Below, one piece after another: positions 8,960 to 19,326 of a DNA stretch of 64,000 nt. How positions within the stretch are numbered: position 1 is the stretch's first letter; every line of letters starts with the position of its first letter. This DNA comes from a virus (lineage: Duplodnaviria; Caudoviricetes), in the IMG/VR virus record IMGVR_UViG_3300032282_006037, positions 9,609 to 73,608 of that record. One strand, given 5' to 3'. A program made the position numbers and the translations under genes. Under the pieces are notes generated by a model that was given only the letters and a program-made list of their open reading frames with translations, was not told where the DNA came from and did no database searches.

Positions 8960-10263
8960 ACAATATTTTAGAATTAGTAAAAAATTATATTGATAGCAAA
9001 CAAAAAACTTGGACTCCTGGTAAAGACTGGGTTCAATATGCTGGTCCATATTTTACTTCAGAAGAATACATTGCTTCAATAAAGTCTTTATTAAATGGTT
9101 GGCTTGTACTTGGTCAAGATACTATCGCCTTTGAAAGCAAATTTCCTAAACATCTTGGCAAAGAATATGGCATACTAACTAACAGTGGCAGCAGTTCTAA
9201 TTTAATAATGATGTCAGCAATGACATCAAAAAGATTATACAATTTTCAAAAAGGCACAAAAGTAATTACCCCAATTGCTGGATTTCCAACTACAATCAAT
9301 CCTATATTTCAAGTTGGATTTGAGCCTCTTTTTGTTGATATAGATTTAGATACTTTAAATCTTAATTTAGATCAAGTTGAAGAAGCAGCTAAAAAAGGAG
9401 CTAAAATAATTACTTTTGCTCATGTTTTAGGAAATCCTCCAAACATGAATCGATTAATGGAAATCGTAAAGCAGCATAATCTTATCTTACTTGAAGATTG
9501 TTGTGATGCTTTGGGTTCTACTTATGATGGAAAACCTCTTGGTAGTTTTGGAGAACTAGCTAGTTGTAGTTTTTATCCTGCACATCACATGACTATGGGT
9601 GAAGGAGGTTTTGTGGCTTGCAAGACTCAATTACAAGAAATAGTTACTAGAAGTTTTAGAGAATGGGGCCGTGGATGTTATTGCGTTGGGAAAAAAGCTA
9701 ACTTATTAAAGAATGGTTCATGCGGCAAACGTTTTTCTAACTGGTTGCCAGAACTTCCAGATGAAGAATTCGATCACAAATATGTCTATGATGAAATCGG
9801 ATATAATTTAAAACCAATGGAACTTCAAGCTTCAATGGGGCTAGCACAAATTAATAAGCTTCAAGAAATTCATTCTTTAAGAAAGCGTAATCATGCTTTA
9901 TTATGTGAGATTTTCAATCGATATCAACGTTATTTTATAGTTCCAAAAGCTACCAATTTATCTGATCCAAGCTGGTTTGCTTTTGCTGTTACAATTAAAG
10001 ATGGCGCACCTTTTAAACGTAAACAAATTGTTCAACATTTTGAAAATGCTAAAATTCAAACTCGTCCTTATTTTGCTGGTAATATTATGCTTCAACCAGC
10101 TTATTCAGGAATAATGAATTCAAAAGATATTATTGAAAAATATCCTGTTGCTCGTAAAATTACAACAGATACATTTTTTCTTGGAGTAAGCCCAGTTATA
10201 TCTGAGGAACAAATATATTATATAGAATATATTTTAGATTCTTATATAAAACAACTTAAATAA
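8947..10263 (+). CDS. rfbH: NDP-4-keto-6-deoxyglucose 3-dehydrase (E1, RfbH/DdhC)
   Basis: SFYPAHHMTMGEGG (His in place of the Schiff-base Lys), EDCCDA, and WGRGCYC...CGKRF Fe-S cysteines. The ORF is open from 8935. Confidence 0.9.
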   Translation: MDELNNILELVKNYIDSKQKTWTPGKDWVQYAGPYFTSEEYIASIKSLLNGWLVLGQDTIAFESKFPKHLGKEYGILTNSGSSSNLIMMSAMTSKRLYNFQKGTKVITPIAGFPTTINPIFQVGFEPLFVDIDLDTLNLNLDQVEEAAKKGAKIITFAHVLGNPPNMNRLMEIVKQHNLILLEDCCDALGSTYDGKPLGSFGELASCSFYPAHHMTMGEGGFVACKTQLQEIVTRSFREWGRGCYCVGKKANLLKNGSCGKRFSNWLPELPDEEFDHKYVYDEIGYNLKPMELQASMGLAQINKLQEIHSLRKRNHALLCEIFNRYQRYFIVPKATNLSDPSWFAFAVTIKDGAPFKRKQIVQHFENAKIQTRPYFAGNIMLQPAYSGIMNSKDIIEKYPVARKITTDTFFLGVSPVISEEQIYYIEYILDSYIKQLK

Positions 10264-11223
10264 ATGAAAAAGATAGTTTATATCACAGGATGCTTAGGTT
10301 TAATTGGCTCTTATTTAACAAGAAACTGTTTAGAAAAAGGGTGGTATGTTAGAGGTGTTGATAAAATAACATATGCAGCAAGACCAGAATTACTTAAAGA
10401 ATTTGAAAAATATAATAATTTCAGCTTTGAAAAAATAGATATTTGCGACATCAAAACGTTAATTGATTGTGATTATATTATTAATACAGCCGCAGAAACA
10501 CATGTAGATAATTCAATTAGAGAAAGTGAAGCTTTTTTGCATTCCAATATAGATGGAGTATATAATATATTAGAAGTATTAAGAAAATATAAAAAAGAAG
10601 GATTAGTATTTCCAACATTTATTCACTTTAGTACAGATGAAGTATATGGAGATATTTTACAAGGCGAACACGCTGAAAATGATATTTTAAAACCAAGTAA
10701 TCCATACTCAGCAACAAAAGCTGCCGCAGATCAATTGATACTAGCTTGGGCTAGAACTTATAAAATTAATTACGTTATCATTAGACCTACCAATAATTAT
10801 GGCGTTGGGCAATATGTTGAAAAATTAATTCCAAAATCTTGTAAATGTTTAACTCTTGGTAAAAAAATACCCCTTCATAATCAAGGTACGCCTTTTAGAA
10901 ATTGGTTACATGCTAAAGATACAGCGCTTGGAGTAATTAAAATAATAGAAAGCGATATTAAAAATGAAATATTTAATATTGCTGGAGGTTTTGAGCAATC
11001 AAATATAGAAACTGTTAAAAAAATCATAAATATTTATTTTGATAATAAACCACAAAAATCTTTAGAAGATTATTTAGATTTTTCTGTTCAAAGGATTGGT
11101 CAGGATGTTAGATATTCATTAAACGACAATAAATTAAGAAAACTTGGCTGGGAGCCTAAATGTATTTTTAATAATGAAATAAAAAGGATTGTAGATTTTT
11201 ATAAAAATAATTTCATATGGTAA
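10264..11223 (+). CDS. rmlB: dTDP-glucose 4,6-dehydratase-like SDR
   Basis: AAETHVDNSI, STDEVYG, PSNPYSATKA and NNYG..Q..EKLIP motifs. Confidence 0.85.
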   Translation: MKKIVYITGCLGLIGSYLTRNCLEKGWYVRGVDKITYAARPELLKEFEKYNNFSFEKIDICDIKTLIDCDYIINTAAETHVDNSIRESEAFLHSNIDGVYNILEVLRKYKKEGLVFPTFIHFSTDEVYGDILQGEHAENDILKPSNPYSATKAAADQLILAWARTYKINYVIIRPTNNYGVGQYVEKLIPKSCKCLTLGKKIPLHNQGTPFRNWLHAKDTALGVIKIIESDIKNEIFNIAGGFEQSNIETVKKIINIYFDNKPQKSLEDYLDFSVQRIGQDVRYSLNDNKLRKLGWEPKCIFNNEIKRIVDFYKNNFIW

Positions 11224-12251
11224 ACAAAATACGTGTTTCAGATTATATTGCACAAAAACTGGTTGAAAAAAACATAAAATATGTATATGGATTAATGGGA
11301 GGAGGTGCTGCTGGATTGAATGATGCTTTTATAAAAAATGAACAAATAAAATATATATGTTTTCATCATGAGCAAGGAGCCGGAAACGCAGCAATTGGAC
11401 AAAGCAAAGTTACTAATTATTTATCAGTTGTTAATCCAACAACTGGTTGTGGTGGAACAAATTGTATAACTTCTGTTTTAGATGCTTGGCAAGACAGTCA
11501 CCCTATTTTGTTCATATCTGGAAATGTTAAAAAATCTCAAACAAGTTTATTTATAAATAAAGAAAAACAAATAAAGTTAAGAAAATATGGTATTCAAGAA
11601 CATAATATAATTTCAACTGTAAATTCAATTACTAAATATTCTAAAATGATTGAAAATGCACTAGATGTCCCATATGAACTTGATTATGCAATAGATCAAG
11701 CATTATCTCCAAGAATGGGTCCTGTTTGGCTTGACATTCCAAGTGATATTCAACATGCTCAAATTGATATTGAACAATGTAAAAAATTTATACCAAACAA
11801 CAATTTATCGGTTGATAAAAATAAAAATTTTTCAAAATTACTCCCCTTATTAAATAAATATAATAAACCTTTATTTTTAATCGGTCACGGAATTAAATTA
11901 AGCAAAAGCGACTTATTATTTAAAAAAATTATTGAAAAATATCAAATTCCATTTGTTACTTCTTATTTAGCAATCGATATTGTAAATCATAATCATCCAT
12001 TAAATATAGGCACTATAGGAATCAAAGGTAGCCGATCAGGAAATTTTGCTATACAAAATGCAGATTTATTAATAATTTTAGGGTGTTCTCTGAATTGCTC
12101 TCACACAGGATATGACGAAAAAATATTTTCTCCAAATTCTTATAAAGTTATGGTAGATATTGATTCAAATGAATATGCAAAAGGAATTGTTAAAATAGAT
12201 GAATATATTCAAGCGGAGTTATTTAATTTTTTAAATTATGATGAATCATAA
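11217..12251 (+). CDS. TPP-dependent acetolactate-synthase/YerE-like enzyme, N-terminal and central domains
   Basis: HHEQGA, TTGCGGTN, PRMGPVWLDIP and NADLLIILG motifs. The TPP-binding C-terminal domain is absent. Confidence 0.85.
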   Translation: MVNKIRVSDYIAQKLVEKNIKYVYGLMGGGAAGLNDAFIKNEQIKYICFHHEQGAGNAAIGQSKVTNYLSVVNPTTGCGGTNCITSVLDAWQDSHPILFISGNVKKSQTSLFINKEKQIKLRKYGIQEHNIISTVNSITKYSKMIENALDVPYELDYAIDQALSPRMGPVWLDIPSDIQHAQIDIEQCKKFIPNNNLSVDKNKNFSKLLPLLNKYNKPLFLIGHGIKLSKSDLLFKKIIEKYQIPFVTSYLAIDIVNHNHPLNIGTIGIKGSRSGNFAIQNADLLIILGCSLNCSHTGYDEKIFSPNSYKVMVDIDSNEYAKGIVKIDEYIQAELFNFLNYDES

Positions 12252-12996
12252 AAAATGGCTTGACAAATGTCAACACTGGAAACAAAAGTGGCCAACTTAT
12301 GACATAAAACAAAATATTGATAACGAAAATGAAAAAATTAATTGTTATACTTTTATTGAAACTTTGAATGAAGAAATGACCAATAACGAAACTATTGTTT
12401 ATGACGCTGGAATTCCATATTATATAATAAGTCATAACTTAAAAACAAAACAAAATCAAAAAATTATTTTATCTGGCGCTCAAGCAGATATGGGATTTTC
12501 TTTGCCTGCTTCTATAGGTGTTTATTTAGCCGATACTACAAAAAACGTGGTAGTTATAACTGGAGATGGTAGCTTTAACACTAATATTCAAGAATTAGCT
12601 ACTATTAGAAATTTAAACATACCACTCAAAATATTTGTATTAAATAATAATGGATACTTAAGCATAAGAAATACCCAAAAGAAATTTTATGAAAATAGAG
12701 TCTATGGAACAAGCGTAAATAATGGTTTATGGTTTCCAGATTTAAATAAAATTGCAAACGCTTATGAAATTGAATACTTTAAAATAAAAAATAATAAAGA
12801 ACTTTACAATAACATAAAAAATGTTTTAAATAAAAAAAATACTATTATATGTGAAATAATTTGCAAAGAAGATCAAGAAGTTATTCCTACTTTAATGCTT
12901 AAAAAAGACGAAAACGGAAATACTATACAATGTGGATTAGATGACATGTATCCATTTTTATCACAGAAAGAAATAGAGGAAGAAAAAATAATATGA
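12238..12996 (+). CDS. TPP-dependent enzyme, C-terminal TPP-binding domain
   Basis: MGFSLPASIG and GDGSF...NN.GYLSIR TPP motif. Confidence 0.85.
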   Translation: MMNHKKWLDKCQHWKQKWPTYDIKQNIDNENEKINCYTFIETLNEEMTNNETIVYDAGIPYYIISHNLKTKQNQKIILSGAQADMGFSLPASIGVYLADTTKNVVVITGDGSFNTNIQELATIRNLNIPLKIFVLNNNGYLSIRNTQKKFYENRVYGTSVNNGLWFPDLNKIANAYEIEYFKIKNNKELYNNIKNVLNKKNTIICEIICKEDQEVIPTLMLKKDENGNTIQCGLDDMYPFLSQKEIEEEKII

Positions 12997-13739
12997 AATC
13001 TAAAGTTCTCATTACAGGTGGAAACGGAAGAATAGGAAAGCTTTTAATTCCTTTGTTACAAGATAAATATCAAATAACTATTTTTGAATCTAATAAAAAA
13101 CGCAAAAACGAAAATAAAAATTTTTTCTATGGCGATATTAGAAATATAGAAGATTTGGAATCTGCTTTAGCTGATGTTGATATATTAATTCATTTAGCTG
13201 GTATTCCAGATGAAGATAGTTTTTTAGAAAAATTGATGCCCATTAATATTGAAGGGACATATAAAGTTTTTGAAGCTGCAAAAAATTGCGGTGTTAAAAA
13301 AATAATTTTTGCCAGCACAATTCAAACTGTTTGGAATTATCCTAATTCAATTAAAATAACAACCAATATGCCACCAAGACCTTTTAATTTGTATGCTTGC
13401 ACTAAAATTTTTGGTGAAACTTTAGGTAGATATTATTCAGACAAATTTGGTATTTCTGTAATATGTTTACGAATAGGTTATTTTTTAAATTATGATCACG
13501 AACTGCTTTCTGATTCTGAAAAATCAAAAATGTGGTGCAGCCCAAATGATTTATGTCAAATAATAGAGAAATCAATTAAAACTGAATGTAAATATGAAAT
13601 ATTTTTTGCGCTATCAAATAATAAAAATTCAAACTACGATATTTCTAATGTAATTGAAAAAATTGATTATAAACCAATAGATGGAACCGAAAATAAAAAA
13701 AAAATTCAAACAGCCATTCATGAAGACTGCATATTATGA
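12993..13739 (+). CDS. NAD-dependent epimerase/dehydrogenase (uronate-dehydrogenase-like SDR)
   Basis: GGNGRIG, NIEGTY, YACTK (YxxxK) and CLRIG motifs. Confidence 0.8.
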   Translation: MKSKVLITGGNGRIGKLLIPLLQDKYQITIFESNKKRKNENKNFFYGDIRNIEDLESALADVDILIHLAGIPDEDSFLEKLMPINIEGTYKVFEAAKNCGVKKIIFASTIQTVWNYPNSIKITTNMPPRPFNLYACTKIFGETLGRYYSDKFGISVICLRIGYFLNYDHELLSDSEKSKMWCSPNDLCQIIEKSIKTECKYEIFFALSNNKNSNYDISNVIEKIDYKPIDGTENKKKIQTAIHEDCIL

Positions 13740-13802
13740 AAATATTAATAAGATCAATAAAGAATTTTACTATTTATCATTTTAATATATATTCGAAAAA
13801 TA

Positions 13803-14558
13803 ATGAAATTATTTAAAACAAAAAATAAAAATAAACTATATAATAAAAATAAAAGTTTATCAGAGATTGCAAATTTTTATGAAATGGATAAAGGAAATTG
13901 TGATAAAAATAAATTATCTTGGGGAAAAGATTGGCCAGATCACGTATGCATGGGATATACTGAAACATATGAAAAATATATGTTCCAATATAGAGAGAAA
14001 AAAATTAAACTTTTTGAAATAGGAATTTGTGATAAAAGATTTCCATTCGCTTCTCCTAAAATGTGGTTGACATATTTTAAAAATATTAATTTATATTGCA
14101 TAGATAATTTTTGGGGAAATTATCTTGATGAAAGAAAAAAAGATATTGAAATGTTAAATAAACTAGGTGTTAATTTTATTTATGCTGATCAAGGGAGTTT
14201 TTGCGATTGGAATGAAATTAAAAAACATTGTCCAAACGATTTTGATTTTTTTATTGAAGATGGAAGTCACTGGCCTAATCATATGGCCATAAGTCTTTGG
14301 CAAGCGAAAGATATTTTAAAATCTAAAGCTTATTATTTTATGGAAGACTTACAAAATCCTTTAACAAGTAGAGGTAAATTTAGAATCGATAACTCTTTAT
14401 TAACAGAAGATTTATTAAACACTTTAAAAAATAAAAAATTTAATTCTCATTTTTTAAATGATATTCAAAACAAAGAAGTAAATGAAAATTTTGAATTAAT
14501 AGATATGATTTTAGATAAACATTCTGTAATTTATTTAGCTGTATTTCAAAAAAAATAA
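13803..14558 (+). CDS. class I SAM-dependent (sugar O-)methyltransferase-like protein
   Basis: DKG, Y...Y, LFEIG, DQ, FDFFIEDGSH and YFMEDL motifs. Confidence 0.65.
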   Translation: MKLFKTKNKNKLYNKNKSLSEIANFYEMDKGNCDKNKLSWGKDWPDHVCMGYTETYEKYMFQYREKKIKLFEIGICDKRFPFASPKMWLTYFKNINLYCIDNFWGNYLDERKKDIEMLNKLGVNFIYADQGSFCDWNEIKKHCPNDFDFFIEDGSHWPNHMAISLWQAKDILKSKAYYFMEDLQNPLTSRGKFRIDNSLLTEDLLNTLKNKKFNSHFLNDIQNKEVNENFELIDMILDKHSVIYLAVFQKK

Positions 14559-15331
14559 TGACAAATAAAAAAATTTTAATAACAGGCGGAAATGGGTATA
14601 TAGCCTCATCATTAAACAATAGTTTAAAATCAAAGTATAATATAATAGCACCAAACAAACATGATTTAAACTTATTGAATGAAGATTCAATAAAATATTT
14701 TTTTGATAAAAATCAAATTTTTGATTGTGTTGTACATTGCGCAATAACTGGCGGAAGCCGATTAAAAAAAGATGATTGGAATGTACTAGATTCTAATTTA
14801 CAAATGTATTATAATTTATGCAAAAAAGAAAAATTTTTTAAAAAATTTATTAATTTTGGATCTGGTGCTGAAATCTATGATTCAGAATCTCCATATGGAT
14901 TAAGTAAAAAAGTAATATCTAAATCAATATCAGAAAAACAAAACTATTACAATATAAGAATATTTAATGTTTTTGGATATAACGAATTGCCTACAAGGTT
15001 CATTAAAAAAAATATAATTAATTATATAAACAAGAAAAATATCGAAGTGTACGAAAATAAAAAAATGGATTTTTTTTATATAGATGATTTGATTAATACG
15101 GTAGAATTTTATATAAATAACAACAATCTCGCAAAAGAAATTAATTGCTCATACAAAGAAAAATATTGTCTTTTTGAAGTAGCAAATTTAATAAATAATC
15201 TTAATGATCATAAAGTTCAAATCCATTATGAAAATATAATCAAGCCAGATTATGTTGGCGAATTCAATTTGCCTATTTCATATATAGGATTACAAAATGG
15301 AATTAAAAATACTTACGATAAATTAAAATAA
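14558..15331 (+). CDS. NAD-dependent epimerase/reductase (SDR)
   Basis: GGNGYI, FGSGAE, YGLSK and RIFNVFG motifs. Confidence 0.8.
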   Translation: MTNKKILITGGNGYIASSLNNSLKSKYNIIAPNKHDLNLLNEDSIKYFFDKNQIFDCVVHCAITGGSRLKKDDWNVLDSNLQMYYNLCKKEKFFKKFINFGSGAEIYDSESPYGLSKKVISKSISEKQNYYNIRIFNVFGYNELPTRFIKKNIINYINKKNIEVYENKKMDFFYIDDLINTVEFYINNNNLAKEINCSYKEKYCLFEVANLINNLNDHKVQIHYENIIKPDYVGEFNLPISYIGLQNGIKNTYDKLK

Positions 15332-15333
15332 TT

Positions 15334-16215
15334 ATGAAAACAGCATGTTTTATATATTCAGATAATAAAAAGTATGATAAATTACAACAATGCGCCATTA
15401 AAAGTTTTAAAAAATATCATCCAGACATTCCAATATTTGTATACAGTTCGAAAAATACAGAACTAGCTCATTTAAAAGATTTTTCATATGCTAGATATTT
15501 GTTTGCTTATGAAGTATCAAAAAAATATAATATACAAAAAATTATTATATTAGGCTCAGATACCATTACTTGTGATAGGCTTGATGAATTTGTCGATAAC
15601 TATAATTTTGATATATTAACTTCGCTTGATTATCCATATCCCCTTGAAATAGTTGCTGTGCCAGCACAACAAATTATTGAACAAGTTAATCAGTATACTA
15701 TTTGTCATTTTAAATTTGCTTCTTCAAATGATAAACATGTTAATGCAGATGTAGTTTGTTTTAATAATATAAACGCTCTTGAAGAAGTATTAAATTGTCA
15801 TAAATGGATGAAAACAGAATACGGAGAACAAGCAGCATTAAATTATATCTGTAACATTCAAAATAAATACACAAATTTCATTGTAGATGGTGATTATGAA
15901 AACTCAGAAGTTGTTTATAATGCTAGAGCTAAAGGAAACACTTGCGAACGAGATACTGAAAACCCTTGGTTTAAATATACAAATTTATTTGAAGTAAAAA
16001 ATAATAAATTATATACTGGAACTCATAAAAATTGTATAAAAGCTAAACAAATAAAAGTTTGGCACTACATAGAAGGATTCGGTTGTAAAAAAGACGATGA
16101 ATTTGAAGACTCAATAAACACATGGATCGAAAAAGGATTTAATGAAGAAACAAAAAATTTCTTTTCTGATCAATGTGATTGCGGAGATTTTTTTAAACAA
16201 AAATTTATAATATGA
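15334..16215 (+). CDS. putative GT-A glycosyltransferase (GT8-like)
   Basis: IILGSD (degenerate DxD), VNADVV, EQAALN and H motifs, plus sugar-cluster context. Confidence 0.5.
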   Translation: MKTACFIYSDNKKYDKLQQCAIKSFKKYHPDIPIFVYSSKNTELAHLKDFSYARYLFAYEVSKKYNIQKIIILGSDTITCDRLDEFVDNYNFDILTSLDYPYPLEIVAVPAQQIIEQVNQYTICHFKFASSNDKHVNADVVCFNNINALEEVLNCHKWMKTEYGEQAALNYICNIQNKYTNFIVDGDYENSEVVYNARAKGNTCERDTENPWFKYTNLFEVKNNKLYTGTHKNCIKAKQIKVWHYIEGFGCKKDDEFEDSINTWIEKGFNEETKNFFSDQCDCGDFFKQKFII

Positions 16216-17132
16216 GCATTTTAGTAACTGGCGGATCTAGCATGGTCGGAAAACATTTGCAAAAAATATTTCCAAAAGCTATTTATTTAACTAGTAAAGA
16301 TTGCGATTTAACAAATTACAATGAAACTTATAATGTAATTAAAAACATAAAACCAAATACTGTTATTCATCTTGCTGCAAAAGTTGGCGGAATTATGGAT
16401 AATATAAATAAACCCGTTGATTTTTTTGAGCAAAATATATTAATAAATACAAATACATTAAAAGCTAGTTATGCAAATGGTGTTAATAAATTTATTGGAA
16501 TCTTAAGCACATGCATTTATCCCGATAAACTAGAAAATAATCAATACCCAATAGAAGAAAAATTATTACATTCAGGACCGCCAACACCAACTAATTTTGC
16601 TTATGGATATGCCAAAAGATGTCTCGCAGTACAAATAAATGCGTACAATAAACAATACGGAACAAAATATTCTTCATTAATTCCTTGCAATTTATATTCA
16701 GAAAATGATCATTTTACTGGTGACAAATCGCATTTCTTATCCAGTTTAATATATAAAATACTAAAAGCAAAACGAGAAAATCAAAATGCAATAGAGTTAT
16801 TTGGAACTGGTTCTCCATTAAGACAATTTATGTATGCTGAAGATCTTGCAAAAGCGATTATTCAAACGATTGAACTGAATGAAGCTTTTAACTTTAATAT
16901 TTGTACTGATGAAAACAAAAGCATTAAAGAAATAGCAGAAATCGCGCTTTCAGCGTGTGAAGCTGATCAGCTTGAAATAAAATGGAATAAAAATAAACCA
17001 GATGGCCAATTCAGAAAAGACGCTTCGTCAAAATTGTTTTTACAAAAGTTTCCACAATTTAAGTTCACTTCTTTATTTGAAGGAATACAAAAAACTTATA
17101 ATATCATAAAGAATGAAAAGCTGGAAGCTTAA
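16212..17132 (+). CDS. fcl: GDP-L-fucose synthase / ColC-like epimerase-reductase
   Basis: HLAAKVGGI, LSTCIYP, YGYAKR, GTGSPLRQF and KPDGQ motifs. Confidence 0.9.
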   Translation: MSILVTGGSSMVGKHLQKIFPKAIYLTSKDCDLTNYNETYNVIKNIKPNTVIHLAAKVGGIMDNINKPVDFFEQNILINTNTLKASYANGVNKFIGILSTCIYPDKLENNQYPIEEKLLHSGPPTPTNFAYGYAKRCLAVQINAYNKQYGTKYSSLIPCNLYSENDHFTGDKSHFLSSLIYKILKAKRENQNAIELFGTGSPLRQFMYAEDLAKAIIQTIELNEAFNFNICTDENKSIKEIAEIALSACEADQLEIKWNKNKPDGQFRKDASSKLFLQKFPQFKFTSLFEGIQKTYNIIKNEKLEA

Positions 17133-18264
17133 CGATTCAAATTTCACTTTAATAGACAGACTTAAAATATCTGCGTTTTTTCTCAATAGTAAAAATTTTT
17201 GGACAATGACAGATAAAGTTGCTCGTTTTGAAGAAAAAATGTCTGACTTTACAAACAGTAAGTACTCTATTTTTGTTTCAAGCGGATCAACTGCGAATAC
17301 AATTTTAGCTTATTACCTAAAAGATAATTTCTATACAGATAAAAGAAACACAATCGTTTTTCCTTCAACAACATGGATCACTTCTGTTTCTCCTTTTATA
17401 AGAGAAGGATTCAAGCCAAAATTTATTGATATTACGCTTGATGATTTAGCTATCGACCTGAATAAACTAGAATCTTTTTTAGATAAAAATCACGAAGAAG
17501 TTTCATGTATTTTTGTGACCAGTTTATTAGGTATCGTTCCTAATATCGATAAACTGATAGAAATTAAAAAGAAATACAACATCAACATAATGATGGATAA
17601 TTGCGAAAACACTTTCGGTAAATTTAATAATAAAAATATCAGCAGTTATTTTACATCTACAACAAGTACATATTTCGGCCACCAACTACAAAGTGTTGAA
17701 GGTGGATTCATATTTACGAATGACGAAAAGGAAAGAGATTTATTTTTAATGTATCGAAATCATGGAATGACACGAAGCATCAAAAACAATTCTCAAATAA
17801 AAAACAATGATGTTGACAGCAGATTTGATTTTTATTTACAAGGTAATAATTTTAGAAATTCAAACATACATGCTTTAATAGGACTTTTAGATCTTAATAG
17901 AGTTGATAAATATATAAATGATAGAAAAACACTATATAATTATTTCTGCAATAAAGTTAACGATTCTGTTTTAAAATATAAAAACAACAATAAGAATGAA
18001 AATTCTTTATTTTGCATACCTTTAATTTTTAATGATAAAATTAAAAAAGAAAAGACAGAACAATTTTGTCAACAAAACAATATCGAATCTAGACCTATTA
18101 TATCTGGCAACTTATTAAGACAAACATGTTTAAAAAAATATGATGACTATTATAATTTTTCAAATAGCGAATACATTCATCAAAATGGTTTCTATGTAGG
18201 TTTAAATTCAAAAGTATCAATCAAACAGCTAGATATATTAATTAATTTTATCAATAATCTTTAA
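17113..18264 (+). CDS. GDP-4-keto-6-deoxymannose 3-dehydratase (ColD-like, DegT family)
   Basis: STYFGHQLQSVEGG has His at the Lys position. Also SSGSTAN and RPIISGNLLRQ. Lies between fcl and gmd. Confidence 0.75.
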   Translation: MKSWKLNDSNFTLIDRLKISAFFLNSKNFWTMTDKVARFEEKMSDFTNSKYSIFVSSGSTANTILAYYLKDNFYTDKRNTIVFPSTTWITSVSPFIREGFKPKFIDITLDDLAIDLNKLESFLDKNHEEVSCIFVTSLLGIVPNIDKLIEIKKKYNINIMMDNCENTFGKFNNKNISSYFTSTTSTYFGHQLQSVEGGFIFTNDEKERDLFLMYRNHGMTRSIKNNSQIKNNDVDSRFDFYLQGNNFRNSNIHALIGLLDLNRVDKYINDRKTLYNYFCNKVNDSVLKYKNNNKNENSLFCIPLIFNDKIKKEKTEQFCQQNNIESRPIISGNLLRQTCLKKYDDYYNFSNSEYIHQNGFYVGLNSKVSIKQLDILINFINNL

Positions 18265-18265
18265 A

Positions 18266-19321
18266 ATGAGCAAAAATATTTTAATTACAGGCGTTACTGG
18301 ACAAGACGGCGCAAACATGGTTGAGTATCTTTTAAAAAATACCAACCACAAAATTTTTGGAATGATACGCAGATCTTCCAATATTAATTTATCTAACTGT
18401 CAAGCATTTAAAAATGAACCACGATTTCAGTTTGAATATGGTGATTTATCTGATTCGCAAAGCATTAATAATATTATAAGAAAAGTAGATCCTGATTATT
18501 TTATTAATTTTGCTGCTAATAGTTTTGTTGGTTGTAGTTGGCAAATGCCAGAACAAATGTTTGATATAAACAGTTTAGGAGTATTAAGATGCTTAGAAGC
18601 TATTAAAAATCTTAAACCTTCTTGCAGATTTTATTCTGCTGGATCTAGCGAAGAGTGGGGAAATGTAGAATATAGCCCTCAAGATATGAAGCACCCCTTG
18701 AAGCCTAGAAGTCCATACGGAGCAAGCAAAGCGTCAGCAAGACACATAGTTAAAGTATATAGAGAATCATATAATTTATATGCTGTACATGGTATTTTAT
18801 TTAATCATGAAGGAACTAAAAGAGGAGAAGAGTTTGTTACTCGAAAAATCACAAAAGGAGTTGCAAGAATTTATCATGCAATTAAGAATTTACAAATCTT
18901 TCAACCTATTGAATTAGGTAATTTAGACGCTAGAAGAGATTGGAGTGACAGTGAAGATTTTGTTGATGGTGTTTGGAAAATGTTAAATCAAGAATCGCCA
19001 AAAGATTATATATTAGCTAGTGATGAAACCCATTCAATACGAGAGTTTGTTGAGAAAGCTTTTAATCATGCTAATGTTGAAGGGTATTGGCACGGCAATG
19101 GAGTTGATGAAAAATATTATATTCATGATAGATATATAGAAGACAAACAAGTGGAATCATCTTGTTTAGTAAAAATCAATCCAAAATTTTATAGACCTGC
19201 TGAAGTTGAATTGTTATTGGGAGATTCAAAAATAGCTAGAAAAGAATTAGATTGGGAACCAAAAATTTCATTTGACAAACTAGTTGAAAAAATGATACGC
19301 TTTGACATAGATAATTTTTAA
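18266..19321 (+). CDS. gmd: GDP-mannose 4,6-dehydratase
   Basis: ITGVTGQDG, PRSPYGASK, FNHE, FVTRKIT, LGNLDARRDW and RPAEV motifs. Confidence 0.95.
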   Translation: MSKNILITGVTGQDGANMVEYLLKNTNHKIFGMIRRSSNINLSNCQAFKNEPRFQFEYGDLSDSQSINNIIRKVDPDYFINFAANSFVGCSWQMPEQMFDINSLGVLRCLEAIKNLKPSCRFYSAGSSEEWGNVEYSPQDMKHPLKPRSPYGASKASARHIVKVYRESYNLYAVHGILFNHEGTKRGEEFVTRKITKGVARIYHAIKNLQIFQPIELGNLDARRDWSDSEDFVDGVWKMLNQESPKDYILASDETHSIREFVEKAFNHANVEGYWHGNGVDEKYYIHDRYIEDKQVESSCLVKINPKFYRPAEVELLLGDSKIARKELDWEPKISFDKLVEKMIRFDIDNF

Positions 19322-19326
19322 AATTA

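Noticed and set aside
12226-12236. T-TTT-TTA slippery heptamer near the end of the first TPP-enzyme half, suggesting a programmed -1 frameshift
   Set aside because: The second half is in the +1 frame, not -1, and the +1 frame has a TAA right at the T run, so slippage there would not join the halves.
5576-19321. Bacterial O-antigen locus, i.e. the window being a host chromosome
   Set aside because: There are no wzx/wzy/wzz or housekeeping neighbours, and the cluster is flanked by phage hallmark genes (dNMP kinase, structural genes, homing endonuclease).
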